A DNA stretch of 64,000 nt from assembly GCA_005222975.1 (NCBI GenBank), contig NJBI01000008.1, positions 23,168-87,167 of the forward strand. The letters are read 5' to 3'. Both the position numbers and the translations under genes were made by a program. The DNA is from Promethearchaeota archaeon Loki_b31 (GTDB taxonomy: Archaea > Asgardarchaeota > Lokiarchaeia > Sigyniarchaeales > SOKP01). Below are positions 19,662 to 32,500 of this stretch, piece after piece. The notes beneath the pieces are model-generated. The model did not search any database. It saw only the letters and a list, made by a program, of their open reading frames with translations, and was not told where the DNA came from. Within the stretch, counting starts at the first letter, position 1; each line of letters opens with the position of its first letter.

Positions 19662-20951
19662 TTAAAAACTATTTTGGTAATTAATATTTTCATCCAATTC
19701 AAATTCATACACTTTATCGTAATCATTATTTCTAATATTTGAAAAAATCCAAACAAATATTATAAAAATAAAATTTAACACAGCACATATAATAAAAAGG
19801 GTAGTAATACCAATCAGTTCTGCTATCGGTCCTGATATTAGCATTGCTATTGGAGAAACTAAAGTAACTATAGTTATCACATTAGACATAACTCGTCCTT
19901 GTTTATCTGGAGGTATGACGGTTTGTAGAATCGTTAAAAACATGGTGTTAACAAAAGGAACAATAAACGCAAACATAAAGCCACCAATACTAATCATAAG
20001 AAAATTTTGTGGAGGTGCCAAGGCTAATATTAAATGTCCGATCTCGCCGATTAGGATTCCGGCAAAGATAATTAAGGGTTTTTTATTCCAAACCTTTTTA
20101 ATAACTACAATTATTGCTCCAACAAACATCCCAGCTTGAATTGATGCTAGAACAATAGCTAGATTTGCCACAGATCCAGAATGAGTCCCACTTATATAAG
20201 GTATCATTAAAGTGCTAAAAGGGTTTCCTAAAAAATTTAAAATAGTTGCTACAAAGAGCAATGTTAGGAGCCCCGGAACAACTTTTATAGCTTTAAACCC
20301 TACTTTGAATTCTCTAAAATATGATCTTTTATGCTTAGGAAGAAATTTCTTTAGTATAGGGGGTATTTTTATTAATAATAGAGGGGTTATAGCAATCAAA
20401 AAAGTAAGAACATCAACCCATAAAATCATATCAATTGGAAATAATATTAACAAAATGCCAGCAATAATTGGGCCCATTGTATTAACTAATCCGGTAAAAA
20501 AGTAATTAATACCATTCATTCTGCTTAAATGTTTCTTTGGTATCATTAAGGGAATTATTGCGTTTACAACTGGCCAATGAAATGCTTGAAATACCCCTCT
20601 AATACTATTAATCAAAATTATTAACCATACTTGCTGAATATTAAAAAAAAATAATAAAACTAAGCTAAAAGTTGTAAGTGCTTGACAAAAATCAGAAAGC
20701 CCGATTAAAAGTTTTCGATTCCATCTGTCGGCAAATACGCCAGCGAGAGGTCCAAGAATAAATATTGGTAGAAAAGAGAAAAAAGAGGCTAGTGATACCA
20801 TTGTCAAGCTTCCAGTTTCAAAAAAAATCCAATAAATTAGTACTATTTGAACTATAGATGACCCTAACAACGAAAATAATTGACCTGACCAAAAAAATAT
20901 ATAGCTTCTAAAAGTCTGTACCGTAGCAGTGGATTCCATCTTTCCCAACAT
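19662..20951 (-). CDS. MFS transporter (DHA3/macrolide efflux-like)
   Basis: About 12 TM; GVFADRWNRK motif A; QGRV. Confidence 0.92.
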   Translation of the reverse strand: MLGKMESTATVQTFRSYIFFWSGQLFSLLGSSIVQIVLIYWIFFETGSLTMVSLASFFSFLPIFILGPLAGVFADRWNRKLLIGLSDFCQALTTFSLVLLFFFNIQQVWLIILINSIRGVFQAFHWPVVNAIIPLMIPKKHLSRMNGINYFFTGLVNTMGPIIAGILLILFPIDMILWVDVLTFLIAITPLLLIKIPPILKKFLPKHKRSYFREFKVGFKAIKVVPGLLTLLFVATILNFLGNPFSTLMIPYISGTHSGSVANLAIVLASIQAGMFVGAIIVVIKKVWNKKPLIIFAGILIGEIGHLILALAPPQNFLMISIGGFMFAFIVPFVNTMFLTILQTVIPPDKQGRVMSNVITIVTLVSPIAMLISGPIAELIGITTLFIICAVLNFIFIIFVWIFSNIRNNDYDKVYEFELDENINYQNSF

Positions 20952-21004
20952 TTGAATTAAATTTTAAATTAAATAATTAGTAATTTTTCTTAGTCTTAAT
21001 ATTG

Positions 21005-22123
21005 TTATATGTCGTTGGTTATTTTCTGTGAATATAAAAACTTACCTGGTTCAATTCCTTTTTTTTCTGCCATCTTGTAAAATAGTAATTGAAGAATTAT
21101 TATTTCCATTATCGGTGCTAAATGAGGATCCTTTATTTTATGCTTATAAGTTATAATCTTAGGATCGTCGTGTATCTTCTTTGCTTTCTCGTCAAATTCT
21201 TGATTTGTAATGTGCAGAATTTTTCCACAAGCCCATTCGTTAGTCAATTTATCTATGAATTGAATGTTGAATTCGAAATTCCCTTTATCGGATGAAAGAA
21301 TTATAAGTTTAGTACTCTCTTTTAAGCATTCAATACCACCATGTCTAAAAGTTGATATAGAACTTGCTTCCGAGTAAGATTTGACGATTTCCTTAAAATT
21401 TAATGCCGCTTGATGCGCAGAAGTTAGTGAAGGACCTCTTGAGAGAATTTCTAGAAAATCAATATCGTGTCCAAATGAAGATAGAAGCTCCTTCCATATC
21501 TTATTAATCTGTTTCTGATCTTGTAAAATTCTTCGAACTTCCCCTAAGAAGGCTTCTACATTTTGAATTTCGGTTTCATTTGTAAAGAATTCGCCTATAA
21601 TTGTTTTTGCCATAACATACAGCAATAGCAGCGTACAAACATAACTTTTCGTAGTAACTGAAACCTCTTCGTCAAAATTCATATAAACTTGTAATTCTGT
21701 CATGTAAGCTAAATAACTATCAGGATTATTCGTGATACCAATTGTTAACGGCTTATCATTAAGATCTATTGCATTTATTTTCCTTAATAGCTCTCTAATT
21801 TCTCCAGATTTGCCAGATTGTGAAATAATTATAATTCCTGTGTCTTTAAAACAATTCTGTTTAATGTTAGGAAAGGTATTAAACAAGAACTCTCCTGCTT
21901 CTCGAATTTCAACAGCGATTCCATACTGGTTTAAAATATAATAAGGTAAGTATGAGCTGACGAAACTAGAACCCATTCCTGTAAAAATAAGTTTGGTAAT
22001 ACCACCTCTCTTAATAAAATCTCTTATTTTTAAAAATTGAGGTTTACCTTCTCCTACAATGTAGCTAAACGTGTCTTTAAGAGCATCTGGTTGAGATTTT
22101 AACTCTTCTAAAAAATCATTCAT
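21005..22123 (-). CDS. Tandem SIS-domain sugar isomerase/deaminase (GlmS C-terminal-like)
   Basis: GMGSS, ISQSG.S.E, TTKSY, ALNFKE and FRHGG motifs. Confidence 0.9.
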   Translation of the reverse strand: MNDFLEELKSQPDALKDTFSYIVGEGKPQFLKIRDFIKRGGITKLIFTGMGSSFVSSYLPYYILNQYGIAVEIREAGEFLFNTFPNIKQNCFKDTGIIIISQSGKSGEIRELLRKINAIDLNDKPLTIGITNNPDSYLAYMTELQVYMNFDEEVSVTTKSYVCTLLLLYVMAKTIIGEFFTNETEIQNVEAFLGEVRRILQDQKQINKIWKELLSSFGHDIDFLEILSRGPSLTSAHQAALNFKEIVKSYSEASSISTFRHGGIECLKESTKLIILSSDKGNFEFNIQFIDKLTNEWACGKILHITNQEFDEKAKKIHDDPKIITYKHKIKDPHLAPIMEIIILQLLFYKMAEKKGIEPGKFLYSQKITNDI

Positions 22124-22236
22124 ATATAATCCCCTAAAAAAGCATTCATAATTAATTATAATTAATTATAATAAAAAATATAAGATAAAATTAATTTAAA
22201 CAATTCAGAATTAAATTATTATTGTTGTGATATTTT

Positions 22237-22608
22237 TTGCCTTGTATACACGGTCTTGATATTATCAATTGCCCAATTTGCCGAATGACGAAATCTACAG
22301 TTCCTCGAAACCCAATTAACATTAAGGCGGCAAAAATCGAAAATTTAAGACCAGAAAATCCGTTTTTTAAAAATTATATTAACAATAAAAATAGAACTGA
22401 AGAATATTTAGTTAAAAGTAATAAATTATTACAACCGAATTTGATAAACCGATTACCAACGCCAAACCTCATTAATCAAATTCCTAATTTTGAAAGTAAG
22501 GATTTAATTAATAAGTTAAACGAGTTAGATATTGATAGATGGGACAATTACGGAATTTCTAAAAAGGTTTCTCTTGAAAAACCTGAATTGAAACTTGATT
22601 CTGATTAG
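22237..22608 (+). CDS. Hypothetical protein with N-terminal CxH...CxxC metal site
   Basis: MPCIHGLD..CPIC. Confidence 0.65.
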   Translation: MPCIHGLDIINCPICRMTKSTVPRNPINIKAAKIENLRPENPFFKNYINNKNRTEEYLVKSNKLLQPNLINRLPTPNLINQIPNFESKDLINKLNELDIDRWDNYGISKKVSLEKPELKLDSD

Positions 22609-22726
22609 ACTTATTTTTAAAATTCATTTTAACATAAGAATTTAACATAAGAATTTTAAAACTAATATATACGTATTTATATTATTAATTTCTTAAGAAA
22701 CTCAAAACTCAATAATGAAGTGTTGA

Positions 22727-24451
22727 ATGATGGAAATTAACGAAGATTTGAAAAATAGTACGCAAGTTGCCTATATCAGCATGGAGATTGGAATTGATTC
22801 GAACATTCCAACTTATAGCGGTGGTTTAGGGGTTTTATCTGGAGATACTGTAAGAGCCGCGGCAGATTTAGAGCTCCCTATGGTTGGATTATGCTTATGT
22901 TATAGTTCAGGCTATTTCTATCAATTTTTTAACGAATTTGGTGAACAGAAAGAACGCGAGATCGAGTGGAACTTTTTCTACGAATTTGAAAAAGTTGAAA
23001 AACCAATTAAAATAAAAATAGAAAATAAAGAAGTGTTAGTTTCTGCATGGCTTTATCGCGTTATAGGCCAATCAGGGCATATTCTACCAATTTATTTGTT
23101 AACTACTGACATTGAGGGAAACGAAGATTGGATGAAAAAAATGACAGGTTCTCTCTATGATTCCACATCTCGATGGAACAGAATCGTGCAGGAAATGATA
23201 CTAGGCATTGGTGGCTTAAAACTCTTAAATTCCTTGGGTTTTAATAACATTAAAACATACCATCTAAACGAAGGTCACGGTTCTTTCTCAATAGTAGAAC
23301 TTTACAATATGTTAAAAGGCGATCTTGATAAGGTTAGAGAGAAGGTCGTGTTTACTACTCACACACCAGTTCCGGCAGGTCACGATCGATTTAATAAAGA
23401 TTTAGTTAATAAGGTATTTGAAGATAGAATGCCTTCTCAAATTCGAAAAATTGCTGACGATAAAGGTCAATTTAATATGACATTCCTAGGAATGGGGCTT
23501 TCTAGATATAGAAATGGAGTTGCCAAAAAACACGGCCAAATTTCACAGAAAATGTTTCCTCAATACGAAGTTGATTCAATTACTAATGGTATACATTTAC
23601 CTTTTTGGGTTAGCCAGCCATTTCAACGGATATTTGACAAAAAATGGCCAAACTGGAAGGCAAAACCTTCGATACTTCAAAACGCAATTGAATTAGACGA
23701 TTTAGATATTTTTGATGCTCACATTGAAAATAAATTCAATCTAATTAGTTATCAGAAAGGTCATAGTTGGAACTTACTGGATGAAGAATTAATTACAATT
23801 GGTTTCGCTAGAAGATTTGCTACGTACAAAAGGGCTACTTTAATCTTCCACGATATCGACAGGTTAGGTAAAATCTGCCAAGATAAGATTCAATTCATTT
23901 TTGCAGGAAAAGCTCACCCTAAGGACACAATGGGAAAGGATTATATCAAAAAAATCCACGAATCTAGCGAATATGTTTACGACAATTATGGTGTTAAAAT
24001 TGTAATGATGGAAAATTATAATATGGATTTAGCTCATATGATGGTATCTGGGTGTGATGTTTGGCTCAATACGCCCAATAGATATCGCGAAGCAAGTGGT
24101 ACAAGTGGCATGAAAGCCGCATTGAATGGCGTTTTAAACTTTAGCGTTCAAGATGGTTGGTGGTTGGAAGGATTTCGCATGAACTCTATGGCAGGATGGG
24201 CAATTGGCCCTAACGATTCAAATCCCGACGATCCAGGTGTCTCAAATAGTTGGGAGATTGATTCAAACGCATTATATGAAACGCTAGAAAACGAAATTAT
24301 ACCCACTTATTTGAACCATGACGAGTGGTTATTCAAAAGTAAAAACGCTATTTCTCTCGCAGCTTTCTTTAACACTAATAGGATGATGAAAGACTATGCT
24401 AAAAAAGCTTACAAACTTAAAAAACAAAAACCTTGGAAATTTATGAGTTAA
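22727..24451 (+). CDS. glgP: Alpha-glucan (glycogen) phosphorylase
   Basis: YSGGLGVL, HLNEGH, FARRFATYKRA and EASGTSGMKA (PLP lysine) motifs. Confidence 0.97.
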   Translation: MMEINEDLKNSTQVAYISMEIGIDSNIPTYSGGLGVLSGDTVRAAADLELPMVGLCLCYSSGYFYQFFNEFGEQKEREIEWNFFYEFEKVEKPIKIKIENKEVLVSAWLYRVIGQSGHILPIYLLTTDIEGNEDWMKKMTGSLYDSTSRWNRIVQEMILGIGGLKLLNSLGFNNIKTYHLNEGHGSFSIVELYNMLKGDLDKVREKVVFTTHTPVPAGHDRFNKDLVNKVFEDRMPSQIRKIADDKGQFNMTFLGMGLSRYRNGVAKKHGQISQKMFPQYEVDSITNGIHLPFWVSQPFQRIFDKKWPNWKAKPSILQNAIELDDLDIFDAHIENKFNLISYQKGHSWNLLDEELITIGFARRFATYKRATLIFHDIDRLGKICQDKIQFIFAGKAHPKDTMGKDYIKKIHESSEYVYDNYGVKIVMMENYNMDLAHMMVSGCDVWLNTPNRYREASGTSGMKAALNGVLNFSVQDGWWLEGFRMNSMAGWAIGPNDSNPDDPGVSNSWEIDSNALYETLENEIIPTYLNHDEWLFKSKNAISLAAFFNTNRMMKDYAKKAYKLKKQKPWKFMS

Positions 24452-24516
24452 AAATTTCTTTTTTTTTCTAATGTCTGAGAGAGCTTAACAAATTTTAAGA
24501 TAAAAAAGAGATTAGG

Positions 24517-25035
24517 TTATTTAATACAATTTAAGAGTTTAAACGGTCTAATTTTTAAATAGTCATCAAAATTCTTTTGTTCGAAATAAATTTCAAATGT
24601 TTGAGAAAAAATTTCTTCCATTGTATCTACGCCAAATGATAACCCTTCCATATCCTTTGCTAACAAAAGCATTGATTCCGAGTTGGATTCAAGAAAGAAG
24701 CATCCTGGACTGAGTTCGAGATTTTTATGCGGTTCAATAATTAGATCGGCTTTTCTTATAATTTGATTTGTAGTAAAAATAACTAGTAGAAAGTTTTCTG
24801 AATACTCTTCTTTTAAATAAGAATCCCTTATTCCCGAAGCTTGGAGCGCGATTTTAGCAAAATCTTTAAAAAAGTTTTGAAGTCGAGTTAATTCTTTCCT
24901 GAATTTAATTTTATTATGAAAAAAGCTGAAATCTTTGCTTAATTTTAAGGGTTCACCGTCAATGTATGTAATTTCTTTTGGTTTTGACTTAAAGACATAT
25001 TTTTTAATATTTTTTGACATGATAAGTTTTTTCAC
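24517..25035 (-). CDS. Stand-alone GH20 N-terminal-like (zincin-like fold) protein
   Basis: SKPKEI start; GCFFLE..S.MLLLAKD.EGL.FGV.T pattern. Confidence 0.55.
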   Translation of the reverse strand: MKKLIMSKNIKKYVFKSKPKEITYIDGEPLKLSKDFSFFHNKIKFRKELTRLQNFFKDFAKIALQASGIRDSYLKEEYSENFLLVIFTTNQIIRKADLIIEPHKNLELSPGCFFLESNSESMLLLAKDMEGLSFGVDTMEEIFSQTFEIYFEQKNFDDYLKIRPFKLLNCIK

Positions 25036-25255
25036 ATTTTAGTTTTTTTATAACTGTCTTAAAGTTAACGCTTATATTTGTTTATATTTATATAATTCTC
25101 ATATCTGGTTGTGACACTTCAGCAAAATCTTAAAGTTAAGGAAATTCAAAAGCATAAAAAGCAGATGACGCTTCAGTAAATTGGCATATGCACGATATTT
25201 ATATAATATAATTATTACTTTATTAATAGAAGTATTAATGTGAATCCTTAATTTC

Positions 25256-26518
25256 ATGAAAGAATTTAAAATTAATAAGTTCTTAAAACTGCGGTTAGAG
25301 AACGATAAAACAAACATTTACGTAAAAGATCAATTGTTTAGACAATGTAAATTTTTAATGATTAATATTGAACCTAATAACGCGTCTAATTTTGACGAAG
25401 TAACTTCTATAGACGAAGCAGAAAAAATATTAGATAAATCGTTAGAAGAAAAAGAACTAGAAGAATTTGATATACGACCTGAGGAGGAGTTTTGGGCACA
25501 TTGTTCAAACTTGGACGCGTGGGCAAAGCATCAATACGATACTCGATTATTGCATAGAACTCTGGCATTTCCTATTTTAAGGGCTTTAACTGAAGCGGGA
25601 GATCAAGTAGCAAAAGCAGTATTTAAAGAAGAAATTATAAAGAGATTCGAAAGCGGTCATCCAAATGTTGTTCGCTACCTAATTAGAGGAGGCTACATAA
25701 GAAAATATGCCAAAAAAGAACTGTTAGAAGCGTTTTTGGAAAGCAAGGAAGTCTCTATTCTAAAAAAGCTTCAGACTTTTTCTAAAACGGATATGGAAAT
25801 CGCGGAAGAGATCGATATATTCTATGAGGAATCACATTATACCGTAAAATTTGATAAAAATAAACTTAGTGGATTGGAGCTAAGAAGTCTTAACTTAAAG
25901 CAATTCCCAATAGAAATAACGGGATTAGTTTCTCTTAAAAAACTTTTCTTAGATTATAACGCGATACGATCATTACCAGGTGAAATCTGGCAATTAAAGA
26001 ATCTACGAGAACTGAGTTTAGCAAGTAATTTACTAGAAACGCTTCCTTCAGAGATTAGTTCGCTAAAATCTCTTGAATCTCTTTCTGTGAATCTTAATAA
26101 ATTTAAAGTTTTTCCGGAGGCTTTAACGGAATTAAAGAATCTTAAATATTTAGGTTTAGCAATGAATCAAATCTGTGATATTCCTGAATCAATTGAAAAC
26201 CTAAGAGATTTGAGAATTTTAGTTTTAAATCGTAACCGTATTTGCAGATTACCTGAGACTTTGGGAAATCTAAAATCTCTGGAGCTTTTACACTTGGGCA
26301 ACAATAAAATAGATTTTATTCCCGAATCACTTGGTAAATTAAATTCTTTAAAAGAACTTGAAGTTCAATCTAATTATTTAACCATTCTTCCGGAATTTTT
26401 ATTTAAGCTTAAGAATCTAAAAAGGCTTTATATATCAGACAATAATATTAATCATTTCCCAAACCTAAAAAAAAAGATTAATTCTTTAGAAGTGTTTAGT
26501 TACGACGAAAAAAAATGA
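25256..26518 (+). CDS. Leucine-rich repeat protein with conserved N-terminal domain
   Basis: FKINKFLKLRLE..TNIYV and EEFWAHCSNL.AW; about 9 LRRs of 23 aa. Confidence 0.9.
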   Translation: MKEFKINKFLKLRLENDKTNIYVKDQLFRQCKFLMINIEPNNASNFDEVTSIDEAEKILDKSLEEKELEEFDIRPEEEFWAHCSNLDAWAKHQYDTRLLHRTLAFPILRALTEAGDQVAKAVFKEEIIKRFESGHPNVVRYLIRGGYIRKYAKKELLEAFLESKEVSILKKLQTFSKTDMEIAEEIDIFYEESHYTVKFDKNKLSGLELRSLNLKQFPIEITGLVSLKKLFLDYNAIRSLPGEIWQLKNLRELSLASNLLETLPSEISSLKSLESLSVNLNKFKVFPEALTELKNLKYLGLAMNQICDIPESIENLRDLRILVLNRNRICRLPETLGNLKSLELLHLGNNKIDFIPESLGKLNSLKELEVQSNYLTILPEFLFKLKNLKRLYISDNNINHFPNLKKKINSLEVFSYDEKK

Positions 26519-26536
26519 ATTATTAAGTTGTTCTAA

Positions 26537-29500
26537 TTACCACCAAGTTTTATAACTCTTTGGGAACATATAATCTGTTGGAATTAGTAAAAATTCTCTT
26601 CTTCTAACCCACTGTTTGATTAGGCCGAGATCAATCTCAATCCCGCTTTCAAAACTAGCGATCTTTACTGGCATAAACATAGCCGAACCTATACCAGAGG
26701 AAAAGATTTCGTCGGGACCGTAAAATCTGTTACGATCAAACGCGCCAATCATTTTATCGTATTCATAAATAGGTTTGCCGCCTAGATCGTCTTTAGCAAT
26801 AACGAATAAGAAATCCTTTGAATAAGGACTTTTAGCTCTGGGCATAATAACACTCATTGATAGTTTAACAATGTGTTCTAATTTATTTTGGAGGTCGCTA
26901 TCTTGCAAATCGATGTCAAAACATCTAGCGTCTTTTTTATTAGTACCAGATATTGTATGCCTTTCAGATGGAACAAGCTTTTCCCATATTTCCGTCCTCA
27001 AGAGGAACTGATAACCAACAATCTGATTTGGCCTATAAAGAGGATAAATTTTTACCTTACCATTTTTTCCCACAGCGCTTTCGATTGCTTTCTTTAAAAT
27101 TTGCGCCTTTTCTTTAACTATGCCGTAATTATATCCTTGAAAATCAAAATCTTGAAATTGATAATGGACATCCTCTCCTTTAATGAAAATCCTCCAAATT
27201 TTTATGTCTTTACCAACAAAGTCGTCCTTATTGAGCCAAATTTCAACTGGTATACCGTTAAATTCGACCTTAAAGAATTTAATTTTTTTATTATACTTAT
27301 CTCCAATAATAAGATCTTCAATTTGAACTCTAAGATTGTATTTTGAGCCATCTTGACAAAAAATACTCTCTCTATGATAGTTTAAAAGTTCTCTTTCGGC
27401 AGAGATTAGAAGCCTATTATAAAGGTCAATTTGCTCGTCTTTCTTTAAACTTAAAGTCTGCACTTTAGTTCTTAAAACGACCTTTAAAGCATCCAGCATT
27501 TCCAGCCCAGATTCAACGAATAATTTTATTCGCCTGTGAGTAGCCAAGCCTGCGTAGTTATTATCTTTGTAATTTTTATATAGACCTTTGAACTGTGATG
27601 CAATATCCGAGTCGAAAGATTTTGAACTAGTGGAGATAAATGAATCGTCTATAAATGAGATAGGAGAATATCCAAAACGAATAATGGCATTTTGTATATC
27701 AATCTTTCTCTCTACTGGCAAAACCATGTGCGAATCCAAAAAGAACAACGAAAATAAATGCTTATATATGTTACTATCACTAAGAATGGGGGTGGGCTTA
27801 GTTTGCGTTGAGGTTATAATTGAAAATTGTTTGAGATACTTTGAGATATCAAACTTGCTTGGCAAGTTTAAAATATCAATCTTGTAAGATTTAGGACTTC
27901 CGTAAAAATCAATCATGTGCATGAAAAGTAGCCTTAATGTGAAATGTCCGAACAATCGAGATACAACTTCAAACGCGATCTTTCCGGCTTTTATTTCTTC
28001 GGGCGAAAAAGCTTCTTTCTTATCGGCACTGATATCAAAAGGGTTTTCCGAATACTTGTTGGTAAAAGATGTTTTTGCTTCTTTTATTAGTTCGCTAACT
28101 CTATCGGTTTCCGAATCTCCTTGGTAACTCGTGACCTTCTCGAACAACATGTGGAACCATTCCTTTATCGTGAGGTCGCCTTCTTTCATAGGTCTGATTT
28201 CGCCGCTGTATTCTTTAAGGAACAAGAAGTCTAAGATGTCGTTTTTAGTGACAAATAGTTTGTTAATTACTCCTTCAACATCGCTTTTACTTCTTAACGA
28301 TGACATATCAATTCTCCCGGTAGATGGGGTAAATCTTACATTGAACAATCCTAACTTATCGGCAATGTAAGTGTTGGCGTACGATCTTTTAGTTGAAGTG
28401 CCTTCTTCTGTTGCTAAAATGTACCTTAAGTCGATTAAGTTTAGATAAGTCTTAAAAAATGTGTCTGAAGTAATTAACTTACCCGAGACTATAGGTGTAA
28501 AAACAAGACCATCTTTGAACTTTTTCATTGACTTTCTTGTTAAAGATGGAAATAATTTCGTTATATGAGGATAAGGCTCGAGATTACCTTCAGCTCTCTG
28601 TAAAAAGGCGAGACAATGAGTTTCCGCTCCTAATAAAATTCCTGAACTTACAGTAAAAGCAAAGTAGTAATTTGATTGGTGAGTGTTTGCATCGACTTTA
28701 ATGAAGTTAGCGTACCATCCTTCAGGCCGCACGTTTATTATAATTTCGCTTCCCTCTTTGAATATGTTAACGCGGCTGTTTAAACGAACGTAGTTGGTGT
28801 CGCATAAATAAACGTTGCGAAAGACTTTTTCTTTATTCTGATCGTTTTCCATGTGCTTATATCCCTCAGAAAACCCTTGAGGTAAAATGTTTACGATCTC
28901 TGCGGGAATAACTCCAAATGTCGGTAGAGTCTTATATTCACCGTCGACATCATTGCTACGATGGGAGACAAGAAGCGGCTTACCTTCGCTTTTATATTGG
29001 TTGAATAATTCTTGAGTTAATAGTGTAGGAGTCAATTTACCATTTACTTTAATGAAAGTGAAAGCTTGAGGTAAATCTTCGAATCTTAAAACCGTGCCTT
29101 GCTCGTCCAGGAATAGAAGGTCTATCTGCTCGCTCAACGCTAACTTATAATGTCCTAAGTTATCTGTATCTTCTTGTATTAGACTATCAATCTCATTCTC
29201 TAACCAAGTTAACGTATTTTCAAGATAATTAGAACCTTCGAGAAGACTAAATCTATCCTCAGAATATACATTACTGGCGCTTTCCCTAAAAATATTATAT
29301 AATTCTCCTTCAAATTGAGGATTTGCAAGCATATTCTTGATATCTTGAACAATCTTGCTTTTATCATCAGAACTGGTAAGTATTGTATGAAATAATTGAT
29401 TTAATTCTTGAATTGTTGAAAAAGTGTAAGTTAAATCACCTACCATCTTATGATCTGAACCTTTTCCGTAATCAAGAAACTTGTTTGCCGCTGCCATTCT

Positions 29501-32500
29501 TCTCATAAGACTTATTAACGTATTATCAATATCGCCTTTTTGGGGTACACATCCAGCAAAAAATCTGAAATTCTTTATATCTTTCAACTGGGTGACTCCT
29601 CTTGATAATTCATAGAAGAGACTATGAATGTGAACAGAGCCAAAATCGTCTTTTAACTGATTTAGCGTACCGCTACTTATGCCATCAGGATCAGAAGTGG
29701 CTTTAATCTCTGTTGCAATATAGGTAGTTGGAGAGATAATTAACTTTATATCGTTGAACCTAGACATAGAAGGGAATAACGAGGAAAATGGTCTTATGTC
29801 TTTACCTATGATTAGATTTTTTAAATCGTATAAATCGTTCAAATTAGAGCCCGCTAATGAATCTAAATTCTCTTGAATGTAAACATTTCCATCTAACCAA
29901 CCTCCTGCTCCGAAATTAATTCCGCTTAAAAAGGCTTCAGGAGACTGGAAACCATCTTTGATAAATTGTTCAACAACTCTTATAATAAATCCGCTAGAAT
30001 AATCTATAGTTTCACCAATTCTACCAATAAATGTCTTTGGGTTTTTAGCTATCGAAAGCCCTGGAACTCTAGTGCTATCAAAAAAGGCTTCTGTAAATTT
30101 ATACCAAAATGCAGTTATGCCAACAGGTCCTAGGAACAGTCTTGCTACCTTTTTAACGGAATCTTGATTATCAAGGAATTTCTCAATCTCTTTGATTGCT
30201 GTATGAATGTCAGCAGAATCGAGATCGAGACCTAATATATCTTTAGTTATGTATTCGATAATTGCAGACTCTCCTTGCCGAATAATAGTGTCTTTTAATT
30301 TAAACGAGCTCGTTGCGCTCAATACAGTTAATGGAATTGCGTTCTTTATCATTTTAGATGTCTTCAACCAACTATCCCACCTCTCGTTATTCACATCTTC
30401 GTCTTGAGAAGTCTTAATAAGAGTTTCTATGTAACTATTCTGCCACAATGTATCGTGAAAACTCGATAAATACTTGTCAACAAAAGCTGTTTTGTCTAAC
30501 TGACTATTTCTAACAGTATAAATGTCTTTGTTATCGGTTATTCTTAGAAGGCTTTCTCTGTTTAATTCCATAATAAAGGAGGAGAAAGCGTCCATAATTT
30601 CAATCTCTTCAAGAGTACCACACATTTCATCAAAACGAAAATCACCAGCAAATTCATGCGAATGCCTTAACCTTATTGCCCTATAAGCGTCAAATTCAGC
30701 AAATTGAGAAAGTCTCTGTATTTCATATGCGACAGACAAACCGGGCAAACTTGATATTTGAGCAAGTAAGGTATCTTTATTAATAGTAACTTCGCCTTGC
30801 TTATCTTCGCTAAACACGTAAGGAGAAACGATTCTTGTGCCTTCCGTAAGAAACCCAAACTTGGAAGTATAAAACCTTAACTCCATTTTTGAATCTAAAC
30901 CGAAATTTAGCTTAATAATATCGATTGCGTCCCACATTTTAAAAGTTTCTCCATCAAATGGAGGCAAATTAAACTCTGAAATATCTCTGTCCCAACCTTT
31001 AACATCTTTTGAAAATTTCCGCAATATATCTCCACTGAGTGATTCCATTAAAATTGAAATTTGTCCCGCAGCTTTACCCCCATAAGCAACTGCTTCAACT
31101 ACCTTTGAGTTTTCTAACCGCGCCAAATCGTTTTCCTTCTGTCTTGCTGCTTCATATAGTTCTTGAGTCTGTGTTTTATATTTTAATAATCCCATTTGAG
31201 CCTCAAGATTAGCAACGCTTTGAGCGGGATCGTAAGTAATAGTTGAAGTAATGGGACCGTAATATTTAGCGTTTACTAAGTATTCAACTGCTTGTCCAGA
31301 AGAGCTTATGCCGTAGATCGATCGAATGGTGGCGCTATCGAACAAGCTCTTAAGCTCGGCGTCTTATCCTAAACCTTTCTTAACGCCTGGTAATTTATCG
31401 ATCTTAATATCCTTCGATATCATGTCTTGCCTTGCGTTGCTAATAGCCGCGCGCATCATGGTGGTCGTACCCGCTTTCGGACTCGTAATTTTTTGGCCCA
31501 AGTGTTTGATCATAGGGCTAAATCCGTACAAACTAAAACCCGCAAAACTAAGTCCTGGAACTAACAGCGAAAGCCCCGCGAAAACGCCCGAACCGATAAT
31601 TCCCGCCATCTTCAATATTGTCTCGTGCCTACTTGGAACTAAATCGAGGTTAGACATTATCGACCTTATATCTTTTCTGTTCTCTCTTAGAAACTTTTCC
31701 AAGGTAAACGATTGGTCGCTATCTCGTTCCGCGATAAGTTGTGATAGTTCGGTAGTTAAAGCGCTGTGTTGTAATTCTTGCTCTATCTGTGTCATTATAT
31801 CAACGTCAAAAGATATGCCCCCTTGCGTGTCGGTGCCTAGACCTCCTAGATTGAACGCGCCGAACATTTTAGTTTCCCGAACCGTGGTCATAAGCGTAGA
31901 AATTAGCTGTCCTACTCCTTCAGACCAGCCCAACATACGAGCCGAGTTTTCGAAGTAGGCCTCGATGAAACCGTCTACTACGATTTCTTCGAACACTTCC
32001 CCTATAGTCTGAGCAACGATTTTAACGCTCATAGAAGCCATTTGAACCGCAACTTTAGTCAATAACGACGACCCTATTTGAGCGCTCGCCTCAATAGCCC
32101 CTTGAGCTAAAATCTTTTGAATAGAAACGGCGGCTCCAGCAAGCGCAACAATAGGCGCTGAACGCGAAGTAGATTGGAAAGTTAAAATCTCGGTGTAAGC
32201 GATCTCCCCGATTATTTTAGCCGTAGTCGCCGCAAAAACGTATTGATCGAAATAATCTAAGATAGGATACATCGTAGCTTGAGCTAAGAGAGTTCTTTGG
32301 TTCTCTTCCGAAAGATTGCCGTCGTCAGGTATTATCTTAGCAAATTTAACCTGACACACGTAATAATATTCCGTCCCTTCGTCGTAGTTGGAGGCTGAAT
32401 CGCCCATAAGCTCGTCTATTGGGCGCGCAAAATAAAGGTTTTGCAATTTTTCGGGAATCTCGTAATCAGAAGCGTCTAAAGTTTTAGAAGTTACCTCTTT

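Noticed and set aside
22627-22657. Tandem TTTAACATAAGAA x2 upstream of glgP, and ATATTGATAATATTATAG x2 at ~39180
   Set aside because: Short AT-rich duplications compatible with slippage; no support for function
31326-31958. 210-aa plus-strand ORF and similar shadow ORFs (e.g. 1217-1519, 8422-8853, 37077-37523, 63712-63999)
   Set aside because: Antisense to well-supported genes and have no motifs
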